From assembly GCA_013239625.1 (NCBI GenBank), contig MU054212.1, positions 6,608,270 through 6,672,269 of the forward strand: 64,000 nucleotides of DNA, given 5' to 3'. The position numbers were made by a program, and so were the translations under genes. Source of the stretch: Lama guanicoe (lineage: Eukaryota). Of this stretch, positions 13,030-26,214 are shown piece after piece (the stretch's first letter is position 1; each line of letters starts with the position of its first letter). The notes beneath the pieces were generated by a model, which saw only the letters and a list, made by a program, of their open reading frames with translations, was not told the origin of the DNA and did no database searches.

Positions 13030-13262
13030 AAGGGTGCGGGCTCCGGAGCTTTATTTGGGTGCACATTGTAGCTCCGCCGTTTACCATCTGTGTGACCTTG
13101 AGCAAATGACTTAATGTCTCTGTGCCTCCACTTCTTTATCTGAAGCAGAAATAATTATAGCGCCCAACACCACAGAGTGTTGTGAGAACAGAATGAGTAA
13201 ATGCAAGTGAAGTGCCTAGAATGTGTGCCCTGCACACGGCAAGTGTTTAATAGCTCTTCGTT
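13030..13262 (+). mobile_element. MIR SINE
   Basis: CTGTGTGACCTTGAGCAAATGACTTAATGTCTCTGTGCCTC...TGTTGTGAGAAC. Confidence 0.8.
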
Positions 13263-13299
13263 TTGTGATATTTTTCCCTGATGTGTGTCATTTGCCAAC

Positions 13300-13946
13300 T
13301 CCAGTGAGTTGAACTGTCTCCCCCGAGAGATATGTTTACGTTCTAGCCACCAGGACCTGCGAATGAACCTTATTTGGAAATAGGGTCTTTGCAGACACTA
13401 TCAGGTTAAGATGAGGTCATACTGGATTAGAGTGGGCCCTAAAGCCAGTGACAGATGTCTTTATAAGAGGAAGGAGAATATAGCACAGGGAACTATATTC
13501 AATATCCTCTAGTAACCTATAAGGAAAAAGAATATGAAAAGGAATATATGTGTGTATATGTATGACTGAGACATGATGTTGTACACCAGAAATTGACACA
13601 ACACTGTAAACTGACTATACTTCAATACAAATTTAAATAAAAGAGAGAGAACAGAGAAGATTTAAACACAGAGACGCAGTGGGGTGACAGGGAAGAGGCC
13701 AGGTGAAGACAAGGCAGAGGTTAAAAGGATGAAGCTATAAACTGAGGAATGCCAAGGATGGCCGGGAGCCACCAGCAGCTAAGAAGCGGGAAGCATTCTC
13801 CCCTGGAGTCTCCGGAGGGATCGTGGCCCAGCTGACGCTTAGATTTTGCACTTCTAACCTCCAGACCTGTGAGAGAATACATTTGTATTGTTTTAAGTCA
13901 CCCAGCTTTTGGTACTTTGTTACGGGAGCCCCGGGACGTGAATACA
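13300..13946 (+). mobile_element. MaLR solo LTR (MLT1C-like), interrupted by L1
   Basis: CCTTATTTGGAAATAGGGTCTTTGCAGA...TTAAGATGAGGTCATACTGGATTAG...TGTTTTAAGTCACCCAG...TTTGTTAC...AATACA. Confidence 0.82.
13478..13642 (+). mobile_element. L1 3' end fragment nested in a MaLR LTR
   Basis: Same TATAGCACAGGGAACTATATTCAATATC...GACACAACACTGTAAACTGACTATACTTCAAT motif as the other L1 ends. Confidence 0.85.
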
Positions 13947-14177
13947 GCAGGTAACTTAGATGAAAAGGTGGGGCTTTGTGGGAGGAGAGAATGAGGTGAA
14001 ATTTCAGCCTCTAGGAGAGGGCTCAGAGGTGCTTCATCTGGTGTTCATTGAATTTAGTTATCTCATGGGGTCACCAATGTTTTTCTTGCTTAGAGGGGAA
14101 TAGGTTCGGGCCAGCAGGGTCGTGGCATCAGACGGCTCTCCTGAGTAAATGTGAACGCGTCACACAACTTTCTCTCG

Positions 14178-14366
14178 AGCTGTGCTGTTGATACAAAAGC
14201 CACTTGTCATTTAAACTTATTAAAATGAAATAAAATTAGAAATTCGGTTTCTCGTTATACTAGCCATATTTAAGTGCTCGGCAGCCACGTGGGGCTGGTG
14301 GCTGCCGTACTGGGCTGTAAAGATGTAGACGTTCTCCTCATTGCAGAGTTCTCTTGGACAGCACTT
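14178..14366. mobile_element. hAT-Charlie MITE (MER3-like)
   Basis: CTAGCCATATTTAAGTGCTCGGCAGCCACGTGGGGCTGGTGGCTGCCGTACTGG...TTGGACAGCACT. Confidence 0.78.
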
Positions 14367-16079
14367 GACAATATTTGCATTGTACAGGATTTATTTAGGA
14401 GGCAAGTAAAACAAGCAGACAGGTTATGTAGACAAAGGAAAGTGTCCTACTGGGTAAGCAACTCCACTTATTTTAAGAAAAAAAGAAGAAGTGAATATGG
14501 TAGATTCGATACTTGGACAGCTGATCACAGGAAGTCTCACTTGTTGACTGGTCTAGTTCTCCTTAAAGTCACCCACATCATTGCTTGTCTGTCACTGGGA
14601 CAAAGGATATTGTGTTCAATTCTTATGGACTGAAAATCAGCAGCACTGAAAACTAGTCTATAGCCAATGCCAGGCATCAGGATGGAAAAGTATGGCTTCC
14701 TTTACCTGCGTCTGGTCAAGATACATCTTGTATCGAACTGGTTAATTTTTCCGTCCCTTAATACTGTGAAGGAGGTAAATGCTACAAAGCGACAAATGAG
14801 ATCAAGAAATCCGTGAGCTACAATCTCCTCCTCTTTGGATCTAATCATACAGATGAATAAATTGCTATAAAAATACCAAAAATAAAACTAAAAACAATGA
14901 CTGAATCATTTTTTTTTAATCTCATGTACTCTGTGTTCAGGTAGCAAGAAATTTAATTCCAGTCCAACCAGTCTCCTGTGATTTTTTTTCCCTTTCATCT
15001 AAGGTATTTTTAATGCTCAGAGGCGTTATAATAGAAAAGCATGTATTTTTGCCTGGTTTATACCCATCATCCTTACCATTACAACAAGACAAAAGCATTA
15101 AAATAAAATTAATCATGTCAGAAGATTTTAGCAAAAACAAGTGAGACCATGCATAAAGCATCGCTTTGTCTAGTGTGAAGTCACGCTCTGATTAAAAACA
15201 TATAATGAAAGAGAAAGTGATACATCATTGCCTCAGCGGTAGGATTTTCTGAGAGCGCTTTGCGGTTCTCAACATAAAAATGTGCAAGATTTTGGTCTTT
15301 GAGACTCACAATGATTATTGTTCTAGCTACATAACTGGAATTCAATCTTAACATTTTTTTCTTTCAAGAAATTAAGACTTAATGACCAAACCAGGCATGT
15401 CAGTGGGATTAATAATTAGCACACACCGTTAAGGAGTAATAATTTGCCTTGATATCCAGACACAGAGGTAAGAAAGGATCTGCTCACCAGTCCTCTTTCA
15501 CAAAACCCTCTTTAATGCCAGCTAAACACAGCCAGGCCCTTAAGGTATTTTCTAGGAATCACAACCATTTGCTTCATCAAAAGCACTATAATTAATAAAT
15601 ATTAAGGTATGGTCACATAGTGATCATTCCCTAGTAATGGAGTCATTTTGTGTATGATACACAAAACCAAAAATTCAGCTGGCCAGGTGTTCCCAAATGT
15701 CAAGAAATCTTCATGGAATTATGGCTCTTCAGTAATCTTCCATGCAAATTTCATCGCTTACACATCGTCATTTGCACTTTAGTCCATAAACCAAGATTAT
15801 ATTCTTGACATCTAGGAGTAGGATGTTCTTTCAGTTAACCTGTACTGGTTCTACTCTCTGAGCGTGATACTATGCCGGGTGCACTGGATCCATGTAGATT
15901 TTCCTGGGGACAGTGGGTCAGCGCAGATTAAATCTCATTCATCAGCTTGGAGTCTTGACTAACAGCACTTGTTGGTGAGACAGATCGGTGGGGTACGTGA
16001 GGCAGCACTGTTTGATGGAAATACAGAGACTGATGTTCTGTTCCTCATTCTGCCACTAAATCATCGGGTACAACACTGT

Positions 16080-16606
16080 GACCCGTTCAGTCACTTAGAG
16101 TAAAAGCCAAAATTGCGAACCTGCCATTGAAGTGCATACACGGTCTGGTTTGTGCTAACGTCTCAGCCACACGTCGTATCTTTCTCCCCCTCACGCTTTG
16201 AGTTCATCTATGCCCTTTCTTCCTGCAGGGTCTCAGGACTTTCTATTAATGGACCTGGAACATCTCTCACATCTTTACCTGGGTACCTGGCCACCTCTGT
16301 CTCATCCTTCAGTTCTGTTCATCCTCAGCTCAAATTCTTTGGTGATGTTCTCCATGACTCCTGAACTACTTCCATCCTCTCCATCACAAGATCTTGTATA
16401 CTGTACACCCTTCCTTCAGAGCTCCATCACATTTTGGTATTATCTATTGCTATTTGGGATTATTTATGAATGCTGACTCCCCCACTCAACTCTAAACTTG
16501 GTGAAGACAGGACAGTACTTGCTTTGACTCAGTGTCGTTTTTTTCTGTATTTAGAAAGTGTCGGCTACGTGGATAGTATCAATTATATTTGTTGAATGAA
16601 TGAAAT
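16080..16606 (+). mobile_element. L2 3' end
   Basis: Ends in TCAATTATATTTGTTGAATGAATGAA, the L2 terminus. Confidence 0.75.
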
Positions 16607-17472
16607 TAATGTGTAAAATGAGAAGGCTAGGCAAGAAGATCATTTAATCTTTCATCACATTCAGTGGTGTGCCAGACTTGGTCTGCAATTTGCCTGGGAG
16701 TGACACAGAGCAAATTTAAGCAGCCCGTACGACTCATACTTCGTTTGTGCCAGATTCAGTAGCAAGTACCACAGCTTGTGTGTAAAGAAAGCATCAGGAT
16801 TATTTGCACACATGCTATTCTCTGGGGAAAGGCGATTGCTATATTCAAGGGAGGTATAAACCAGAAGTAAAGTCAGCTGGTTTTTCTAGGCGCCCAACTT
16901 GAAATACAGTATTTGCAGTGACCACCACACATATTTTGTAAAAAAATCTATGAAAAATCCACTAATGCGCTGGTGCATGAATATACAGGAGCAAATAATT
17001 CAAGACATACAGTAATGTGCAGCCATGTGTCTCAAATTAGAATTGAGCTCATTGAAGGTAAAATTAGATGCTAACATATTTAAAAAGCCCCAACACAATT
17101 CTCTCTCCTTCTTCTTTGTCCAAAGTCATGGAAACCATTACTCCACAAACTGAAATAAAAAGTTCCAAGCTAAGAGACAACACCTGCCATGCTATTACAT
17201 AAAAGCTTTAGATCACTGTGTTTTCACAAACACCGAAAACAAAACATAAAGGGCCATCTCTAGTCACAATTCTTAATTCTTGAATTTATCTTAATAACTC
17301 CTTGAAACAGTCTCATATAATATGGTTCTTGGTCAACTCTCCAGCCCCATCACATACTTCCTTAAACTCAGACTCTCTTACAGATACACAATTTCATTTT
17401 AGTTTCTAGAAAGCACCGTGTCTCCCTTGCCTTTTGGCACTCCCAGTACTGAACCTTCTTACTGATATTGAT

Positions 17473-17494
17473 GATTGGATAAAGAAGATGTGGT

Positions 17495-17527
<33 letters not shown>

Positions 17528-17990
17528 AATACTACTTAGCCATAAAAAAGAATAAAAGCCATTTGTAGCAACATTAATGGACCTAAAGATCATCATTTTA
17601 AGTGAAGTGAGACAGAAAGAGAAAGAAAAATACCATATGATATCATTTATATGTGGAATTTTTTTTTAAAAAAAGACACAAATGAACTTATTTACAAAAC
17701 AGAAACAGACTCACAGAAATAGAAAACAAACTTACGGTTACCAGGTAAGAAAGGGGTGGGAAGGGATAAACTGGGAGTTTGGGATCTGCAGATACTAATT
17801 ACTATATATAAAATAGATAAACAAGTTTCTACTGTATAGCACAGGGAACTATATTCAGTATCTTGTAGTAACCTATAATGAAAAAGAATCTGAAAAGGAA
17901 TATGTGTGTGTACATGTATGGCTGAAACATGGTGCACACCAGAAATTGACACAACATGGTAAACTGACTAGACTTCAATTAAAAATAAAT
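17473..17990 (+). mobile_element. L1 3' end with internal (CA)n
   Basis: GATTGGATAAAGAAGATGTGG...GGAATACTACTTAGCCATAAAAAAG (ORF2 end) through the 3'UTR to the A-rich end. (CA)n at about 17496-17525. Confidence 0.9.
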
Positions 17991-20900
17991 ATTTTATCAT
18001 TCACTTCTTTGCATCCACAATTCCTACCCTTTTTCCCCCCCAGCTTTACAGAAGGTCACTTTAGGAAAGCCTCCCTAACCTCCCATGTTTAGATGAAGGG
18101 CCCTTTCTGTGCTCCCATAATGGCTGAGCCTCCCCCATCTGCTCCTCAGCACAATTTATACTATTTGCTGCCTTAGGTCCTTGAGAAGAGTCAAGATTCC
18201 GTTTTGCCCTGCCATCCAGCTCAGAGTGGATCTGCAATGAGTGCTTCTTCCAGAAAGGAGTGAGGTCTGCAGCTAAGCCTCGGCTCTGCCCAGGCATTTG
18301 CAGACTCACTCTGGAAGCCCCTGGTTGTTTTCTGAGGTTCTCCTGCGATGAGGAATGCACCATCTACACTCTACTTGCCGGTCTAGAGATTAAATTAAAT
18401 CATCTGTGGGGTTTGGTTCTTGGTAATAAAGGTAATTTGAATAAAGGCAACCCACAGATATAAAACCCTCAGTCAAACTTACTTTTTTATTTCTTTCAAA
18501 GCAAATAATCATAAGAAATGATCATTAATTTTTGACTGACTTGACTTTTGCCCCAACGTAGCCACAAAGAATGGAAGTGAACTGAAATCAAGAAATAGGA
18601 CCAAGAAAAAAAAAGTTTGATTGAGACTATCAGTGTGGAATGAATTTATTATTCCCTGAATAACCAGCAATTTAAGCGTGCTCCATTGCTCGGCTATTGG
18701 ATAAACACCAAACCTGTATTTGTCTTCTAGACCTCAAGGACAGCATCTTATGTAAGATGTGTTTTCTCAGTACTCTTTCTTCAACTCTTTATGGGAAACA
18801 TGTGTTTATTTAAAAATGAAGAGGCCACCAGCCTCTGATCTTTGTGACTCTCCTAAAAGAAGCCAGTGATACCCAATGCCTGGACCGTTCCTGCACGGAT
18901 GGGACCAAGTTCAATGTCTCCCATGGACCAGAGAAGACAACCCAGGAAACATGCAGAGGTACAATGGTTTCCTTTATTATCTACGACTGAAAAAATACAA
19001 GTTCCCAAATCCTTGCACTACCAGGTAGAAGACAGAGTTGTAAATTGAAAGGAAGAGGAACCAAAGGCATTAATTTCCCCCCTACCTCTAATGAAGGGAA
19101 CTCAAAGGAGCCAAAAGAAGGGACACGCCTTTCTAACCTAGTTCATCTAATTTTTATTCTAACGTTATTAAAGGGAAGTCATCATTAGCACACGGAAAGA
19201 TAAATCTATATTTTGAAATCTTTTTTTCCTGTCATTGCTCACAGAGAGCATTAAGAAGCACCTAGTAATTAGAAGCTCTTATCAGAAATGTAGGAAAAAA
19301 GGAAGTCGATTCCTAGGAAACACCTTTACCCACCAAGTGAAGAACCTGGTCAATGGGGAACCCAAAAAGCACAGACGGCCCCGCTCTGCCGCCTCCTGGG
19401 AAGGCAGCTAAGCTGCTTCCACAGGGCACTTCATACAGACTTCGACATGTCAGCCGTATGTCACAAAAGCACATAGTAGCCGCTGGGATGGTTTTCTTTG
19501 ATCTTTGCGGGAAGGGTTTAAGAGCTGCAAAGTGCAAGCGGCATGCTTTTTGGCCTTGGCCATTTTAGCACTCATGTCTCCTGAACCGCTTTCTGATAAG
19601 TCAAGAACGAAAAGGGAGACTGCGTGCAAGAGCGAGAAATGCAAGAAAAGCAGTGCTGTAAAATAAAAATGAACAAAAGCGCATTTCCACTTCCCTTTCG
19701 TTATCAACAGTCAAGAAGACAACAATGCCAGTTTTATTACTATGACTTAACACTTCACACTTACAAAAGGACTTACTGTCATTTTTACATGGAATTTTTA
19801 ATACTTTGCTGATAAAGGTTGGGGAGCTCTGTTACCATTCTTAAGCTTACTTATATAATGTTATAGAAATGATTTTTTTTCAAAGAAGAGGATAAAAATG
19901 AAGCCTGTGCTAGCATGTTACCAAAATAGTCTTTTCAGTGGGAATAATCATTCCTTTTGCTATTTGGGTAGACTGAGCCGCTGACTGGCTGACTTGAATT
20001 TTGTTTTCTTTATGTTACATAGAACCGCTTTTTCACTTCCACTCACCTCCACTCCATTCAATTTATTATTATTTGTGTACTCTTTAAATAGTGTTTCTAA
20101 AACATAAATAACAGAGTAAGAGCTAAAGAAAATTATGACTGACTTCCCTTTTAATTCTTTGTTTTGTTACATGTGTAAGGAGTGTGGCTCCCATAAGTGG
20201 GCATCTGTGGTCCCGCCTGCAGGGTGGTATCTTTCTACAAGGAGCACATCTGTGAGACAGGCTGGGGGAATGTTCGCTCAAGCCAAGTGGCCAGAGGATT
20301 CTAAGATTCAGAGGTCCTAGTTAATCTCAGGTTGTAAGCTTTTGCTGGTTACCTTATTTGTTAGTTTTTATGGAGCGGGTCATTCAGCCAGTAAGCAGAC
20401 CCCACACCAGGAGCTGTTTCTGAGCAGTTACTGCATTCCCACCTCCCTGCCAGCTGGCTGAGTTCTTCCGGGTCAAAAAGGTGACCATGGGGAGCTCTGC
20501 AATCCCTAATGTTTCATTGGATTTAAGGAGAATTTGGGTATTTTCTTACTCTAATAAGAAACATTTCTTCATTTATTGTTAGATGGCCCAAATAGTGTGG
20601 TGATCGGCCAGTTGCCTGACTTACTTATTCAGTTCAGCCAAATAAGATGTCTTAATTAAAAAATACAAACCAAGAGCAGAAATCATCCAGATAAACTGTC
20701 TATATTTCTCCAATAAGCCTGAAAAATATGCTTGCACTTGGGACCATGTGGTCACAGCCCAGCAGATAATAAAACTCCATTTTTTTTGAAGTACAAATCC
20801 CAGTGAAATCAACAGTATAAGCAGAGTAGACATTTATTCCAAAGCTAGGAGCCTGCCTGAGTATAGGAAAGAAGATTCAGGATCTTTGAATAGGTTCCCA

Positions 20901-21404
20901 TCATAAGAACTTTTCTGCACATTCATGCCTTTATTTCCTTCCATTCCAAATCTGATGAACGGAGTCAACAGAAACCCACGTATCTTCACTGCTTAGTGTT
21001 TAGATCACTACCTCCAACCCACGAAAACTGTAGAAGATCGGCTCCCTGCTTCAAAGCCGTGGGTGGACGTGTCGTATCTGTTACGCTGCAACTCGTCTCC
21101 CCTCCGCGTGGAGAGCTGGAGGGGACCTGTGCTCACATGGGTACCGGTGTCACAGCAAGAGCAACAGCACCGGCAGTTCGCTGAGTTCACGCTGTGTGCT
21201 AGATGACTCACCAACACGATTTTATTTTGGAAATAAACGATGCTGACGGAATGAAGAAACCATGACGCAGGACATTTATATGACTTGCTCAAGGTCACAG
21301 ACAGACGTGGGTTCGAACCTAAGTCTGACTGATTCGAGCTGGTGCTTTCTCACTACAGCCTGCTAAGTAAAGAGGTAAATCAGGTAACGTGAAAAACATT
21401 AAGT

Positions 21405-21514
21405 GCAGTGACCCTATGTTCCAGTCCATACCTGTTGTCCCAGCATAATTAACAGATCCCCCTTTCATGCTCTAAAGTGTCCCAGTTTGGACAATAAATT
21501 GGAACATCACCCTA
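21405..21514. mobile_element. Short hAT-Blackjack-like MITE (MER81-like)
   Basis: Ends GTGACCCTATGTTCCAGT and ATTGGAACATCACCCTA, with internal TGTCCCAG repeats. Confidence 0.5.
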
Positions 21515-23160
21515 CTCTGAGCAAGGTTTTCTTAGGTATTGTTCATAATGCTTGAATTAATCTTTTTGCCTTTAATGAAGGGCTTCAAGCCAGTAGAACC
21601 TTGGACCTTGCCTGAGTGTATCTGGAAAAAGAGATGGATTTGTGAATGAATATCATTTATCACTTGGGTCTCGTGTTTCCCTGTCCCTTTGCCTCTGTTG
21701 CTCTGTCATCTCTCATCAAGAATCTCTTGTCCTCCCTTTTTCCTCTCTCCTCCTCCTGGTACCCACGTCTCATTTTCTGTAGGCTTCCTCTATTGAGAAA
21801 GTGTCAGAAAATTGATTATTTGGTTTTATTTTAGCTTGAGTTTTGGATGAATCTTTAAAATTCAGCTTGGTCATTCATTCAGATGTTTAAACCACTATTA
21901 ACGGTATTTTTTTTTTTTTGTCAACAAGAGGATGAAAATCATTTTAAGCCATCTCTAACTTCTTTTCCTTTCTTCCTTCTCCTTAATCTGGCTGCGACTT
22001 TCCCATCGCTTGGTTACTGCACCCGCAGTGTAAGGTGTCCAGGGGGCCTTCTCAGTGCGGTCCCTGGCCAGTGCTACTGCGGGTCTCGCTGGGGTAGGCC
22101 GGCTCCAGAATGTATTATTTCAAGCACCACCTCACATATCTTTGCTCCTCTTCTGCTTTTATGGGCAAACTGTTGTCCTGTTTCTATTATTTTAAAGGGC
22201 ATTCAGTTAAGAGGAGAGGAAACAATTTTAAAAAATCAGATAAATCTGATAAAATATATGTGCTTAAAAGATATCCCATAAGAAAACCTGACTTTCACTT
22301 TTGTCCATTTTCAACATATGGCTTTGATTTATGAATCAAAATTGCTCATTTCTTATTTTATCTATACATCTCTGGGCCATTTTGACAGTTAAAATTTAGT
22401 TTTATTGACCAGTGCAGCCACTGTGCCCACGAGGGGACTGGCGCACACAGCCTGCTGCGCTCAGGAAGCGATGGTTTTTGCCTCCATGACTGCGTCCGAT
22501 TGGGAACCATAACCCATGTAACAATAAGTTCCAAACCTCAGTGCCCAAGGCAAGAGGTTTGCTGTAAAACACAATCACCCTTTAAGGAGGGGAGGAGAGA
22601 AGAATCTTGGGCGGAAGTTTGCAAGCACAATTGAATGCAGCCGGGATGGGCCATGGGTCAGTCTGCCCATCCGAGCTGTGGAGCAACGCAAGGGGGTGTT
22701 TCTCTATAGACATGGTTCCACAGACTAAAGATGAACAAGCAAAGATGCCTAAAAAGCAAAATGTATGTGAGTTACGGAGACAGTGAAGTAAGCAACCATT
22801 TCAGTGTGAGAAAACTGACCCGTGCTATTAACCAAACTTTCTCTTTTCAACGAGCAACAACGTAACTGCAGAATTCCACTTGGAAGATCTCGGTCGCCCT
22901 CCCTCACTGTCACAGCACACACAGAAACACGAACTCAGTGATTTTTTAGGCCAGGTTTAATTTAAGTCTATTCAACTACCAAACCGGCCACCTCTGCAAT
23001 GTTAAGTTAGTCTTTAAATTCTCTGCGATACATAAACAGACCTCCAAAGGGAAACCAATCAATAAAATGTCTAAGTTGATGCACCATGTTTTTTGAATCC
23101 ATCAAGATAGCTCTAACCTGAAATAAATAGGTGGGTGAGTAAATAAAGAGGGACACTCAC

Positions 23161-23282
23161 TTGTCAGGATTTTCCACGTCTTCTTTTCATCGTCGTAGTA
23201 CTGAGCCAAATTGCTGGGGAGCCGGTCTGGCCCAGGAGGTAACCCTCCAACCAGCAGCAGCATCTTCTTGTTAGAGCGAATC
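23161..23282 (-). CDS. KLHL14: KLHL14 second coding exon (122 nt), start of kelch repeat 1
   Basis: Acceptor TCTCCTCTTTTGTTTTGGGTGAAG|G and donor CAA|GTGAGT. Joins the previous exon in phase (AG+G=Arg) and reads RIRSNKKMLLLVGGLPPGPDRLPSNLAQYYDDEKKTWKILT, with the kelch GG, Y and W signature. Absent from the ORF track. Confidence 0.95.
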
Positions 23283-26214
23283 CTTCACCCAAAACAAAAG
23301 AGGAGATGAAGAGCCGCATTACTGTAGAGCCTTTTTAGTGGCAACAAAATCATAACCATCAAAAAGAATGTTCCTTGCTGGCAGATTTCTATTTCATTTT
23401 TTCCTGTTTCTTCTCCCATTCATGTCTCAACAATTTTTTTGAACCAAGCAGAAAAATGATCAGAAGAGCAGCATATCTCCATACTCGAGGAATAATAAGC
23501 TCCTTTTATGCAATTTGTTAGAGGTTCATTCTAGAACGACCTTTTTCTTATATTATCCCTTTAAATCATCACTCTTTACAGCTGAGTACACATGAAATGC
23601 TCCGGAGTTGTACTAAGGTTAAGCATTAAAGTTGCATGTCAAAAATCGTATTAGTCAAAATCATTATTATAAACCATTCTCCACTCAAAGAACCTTGAAA
23701 AAATTAAGGTTATGCGGAGAGTTTGTGAGCCAACTCCTTAATCACCTGGCGAACTTCAAACACCACTTTAGGACAATTAGGAGCACAGGGCTAACCAGGG
23801 TGGGTTCGCCGGTAGGAACAGGACTTTGGGTTCGTTTAATTTAGCTGAGACTTCTGCCTTTGTCCCCTTCCCTGCTCCCCTCCCCCAGGTTGTTTCGAGC
23901 CTCCCCAGAGGGGAGCCCTGCCAGTGCCCGCCACTGAGCCAGCGGCACGAACTTGCTCAGCTGTGCAAAGTCACTCTGATTCCCTCCCTCTGTTTTTCTA
24001 CCTTCTCCCCCAGGGGGCAGCCACTGAAAGGAGTGACTACCCACCCATCAAGAGCTGGCAATTCGCTGCTGTTAACCGTGACTGTGAATCCCAGACTGCC
24101 TGGCGGTTCCTGAGAACAGGCCTGTGACGTCTCATATGCAGTAAAAGCTGCGAGATGCACCCTGGCCGGCACACTCGACCTGATGGATGTTCCATCCTCA
24201 GGAACAGTAATGGATTGAGCTCACTCGCGATTGGAGGGAGGCGGGGAGGCCCAGACCCCCACAGGGGGCCTGCTGATTTAACAGTCGCTTTACGTATAAT
24301 TGAACTTTTCATTTACCTGAAAGGCTGAAGGTGGTGGTGGAAGAAACGAAACAACCATGACTGAAGGAAAGAGTCAGTAAATGGAAAAGGGTTCCTCTTA
24401 AATATGATCGCAGCCCAGTGTGGCTCTGATTCTGTCATTACACATTCAGCCCTTCGTTCTGATTCAGAGACGCTTGGCAAAGTACGCCCTTGTGGAGAAG
24501 CCCTGTTTGTTGGTTAAGAACCTAACATTCGGAGAGTTAACTGAATCTAGTTAACGACATTTCCATGTGGAGGAAGGGAACAAGAGAATTCCTTTAATGA
24601 AACACTGGTGCCATTGAGAGCATCACATATGCCTCAGCAGAAAAACACCTTCTGGAGAAACTCTGGGACTCATGGGCAGGGGAGCTGTGCTTGTTGGAGA
24701 ATGTTGAATGGACTAGCCGCTGGCAGTATTAATTTTGTCACAAACAAACAAACAAACAAACTTAGCTTCTTAGAATTTAAAGAACTTTGGAATCCATGTG
24801 CCTTATAGATCAGAAGTCGGGGAAGAAAACCAGAATACAATAGCAAAGAGCTCCATATTTTCAAGATTTCTGGGATGGGGGTGGTTGGCTGAGAAGGATT
24901 AAGGAAACCCAGTGCAGTAAGCACCTCTCTTTGACTTGCAAACAATACATACGTAGTTCATGAGCCATACAGTCCCCTAAATGCATGGTTACAGAACTGA
25001 CAGAACACTGTTTTCTGTACTATAGTTTCAGCCCAAATCAGCAACCACACGGCGAGTATAAGAGAAGTCAAGAGGAGCGCATATATCCTTTACAGACTGC
25101 TGTCAGTTTCCATGTGGAGGCAGACCTGTCCAACTGGACCGACGTGACATGACACATCTGTGTGCTGCCAGCCCGCGGGTGGGGCACACGGACCGATGTT
25201 AATGGTTAGTTACGGAGGAAAGGACTCAGTGGATTAGTGGTATGACCAAAGAAATGTAATTAAATCGCTGTTTTAATATTTAAGTAAAAATGCTGCTTTT
25301 AAAATGTGTTTCATGAGCAACAAAGGGAGAGAAATGCATGGCTTAAATATGCCTGTTAAGGGCGTCTCATTAGTTGATAAGGCCAGCTTCCCTGGACCAA
25401 TCCCATTGGTGACTATCAACACCTACTTAGATGGACCATCTCGGCAGATGAGGAGAAGATGTTGAGCCCCTGTCCTCTCTGCCCAGAGAGCCCGTCACTG
25501 CCATCTGTCACTGAAGAATGGATTGAGATTACCAGTGCATAAGCCACTGAAGAGCTGGCAAATGGGAGCACCTTCTATCCTGCCAATGAAGACATGATTC
25601 AAAGGGCTAGCTGGCCGAGCAGCAACGGAAGACTCCACATCGACTAAGACGAGTCTCTAGCCACCGAGGCCTCCTCAGGGAACGTGATGGAGAATTACAT
25701 GGAAGTGAAGGGGATTCCAGCTCCCCTCAGCTACCATGTGTGTCCCGTGAAGGGGCAGTGCTTTGAGTTCCTCCCTGTCGCCTTCTTAGTGACCGAACAT
25801 TCTCAGTCTTTTGCATTGTCATATTTATCTCATCATTTGTTCAAGTTATGGCATTTTTACTTGGGGTATTTTGTTTTTAAAGCTTATGTTATTCAATGTT
25901 CCAACCCAGAATTAATATTATTTAATTCTAAATAAAGTTTAAAACTCTATCTTGTGCAGGTGAATCACTTAGAAACCAAAAATAGGATAAAGCATGTGAG
26001 AAGTAGCCTAGCACAGAAGAAGGGCCACATAAAAATAACAAAACACATTTGAGGGGCTTTCTTATCATCTTCTCTGTTGACTCTCAAAACACCCCTGCAT
26101 CGTAAGTACAGTTTTATTCTACAGCAAAGTGAGGAAGTTCCTACAGTCAAAGAAAGAGGTAGGAACAGTGTTTCAGAACTAGGCCTTCTAACTCTACCAG
26201 GCCCATGATCTTTT

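Noticed and set aside
1..23100. Further KLHL14 kelch exons
   Set aside because: By eye I found no minus-strand exon continuing the kelch repeats. They probably lie beyond position 1. TBLASTN with full-length KLHL14 would settle this.
23117..23160. Acceptor-like TATTTATTTCAG|G just downstream of the 122-nt exon donor
   Set aside because: It would define an intron of about 43 nt, below the usual mammalian minimum.
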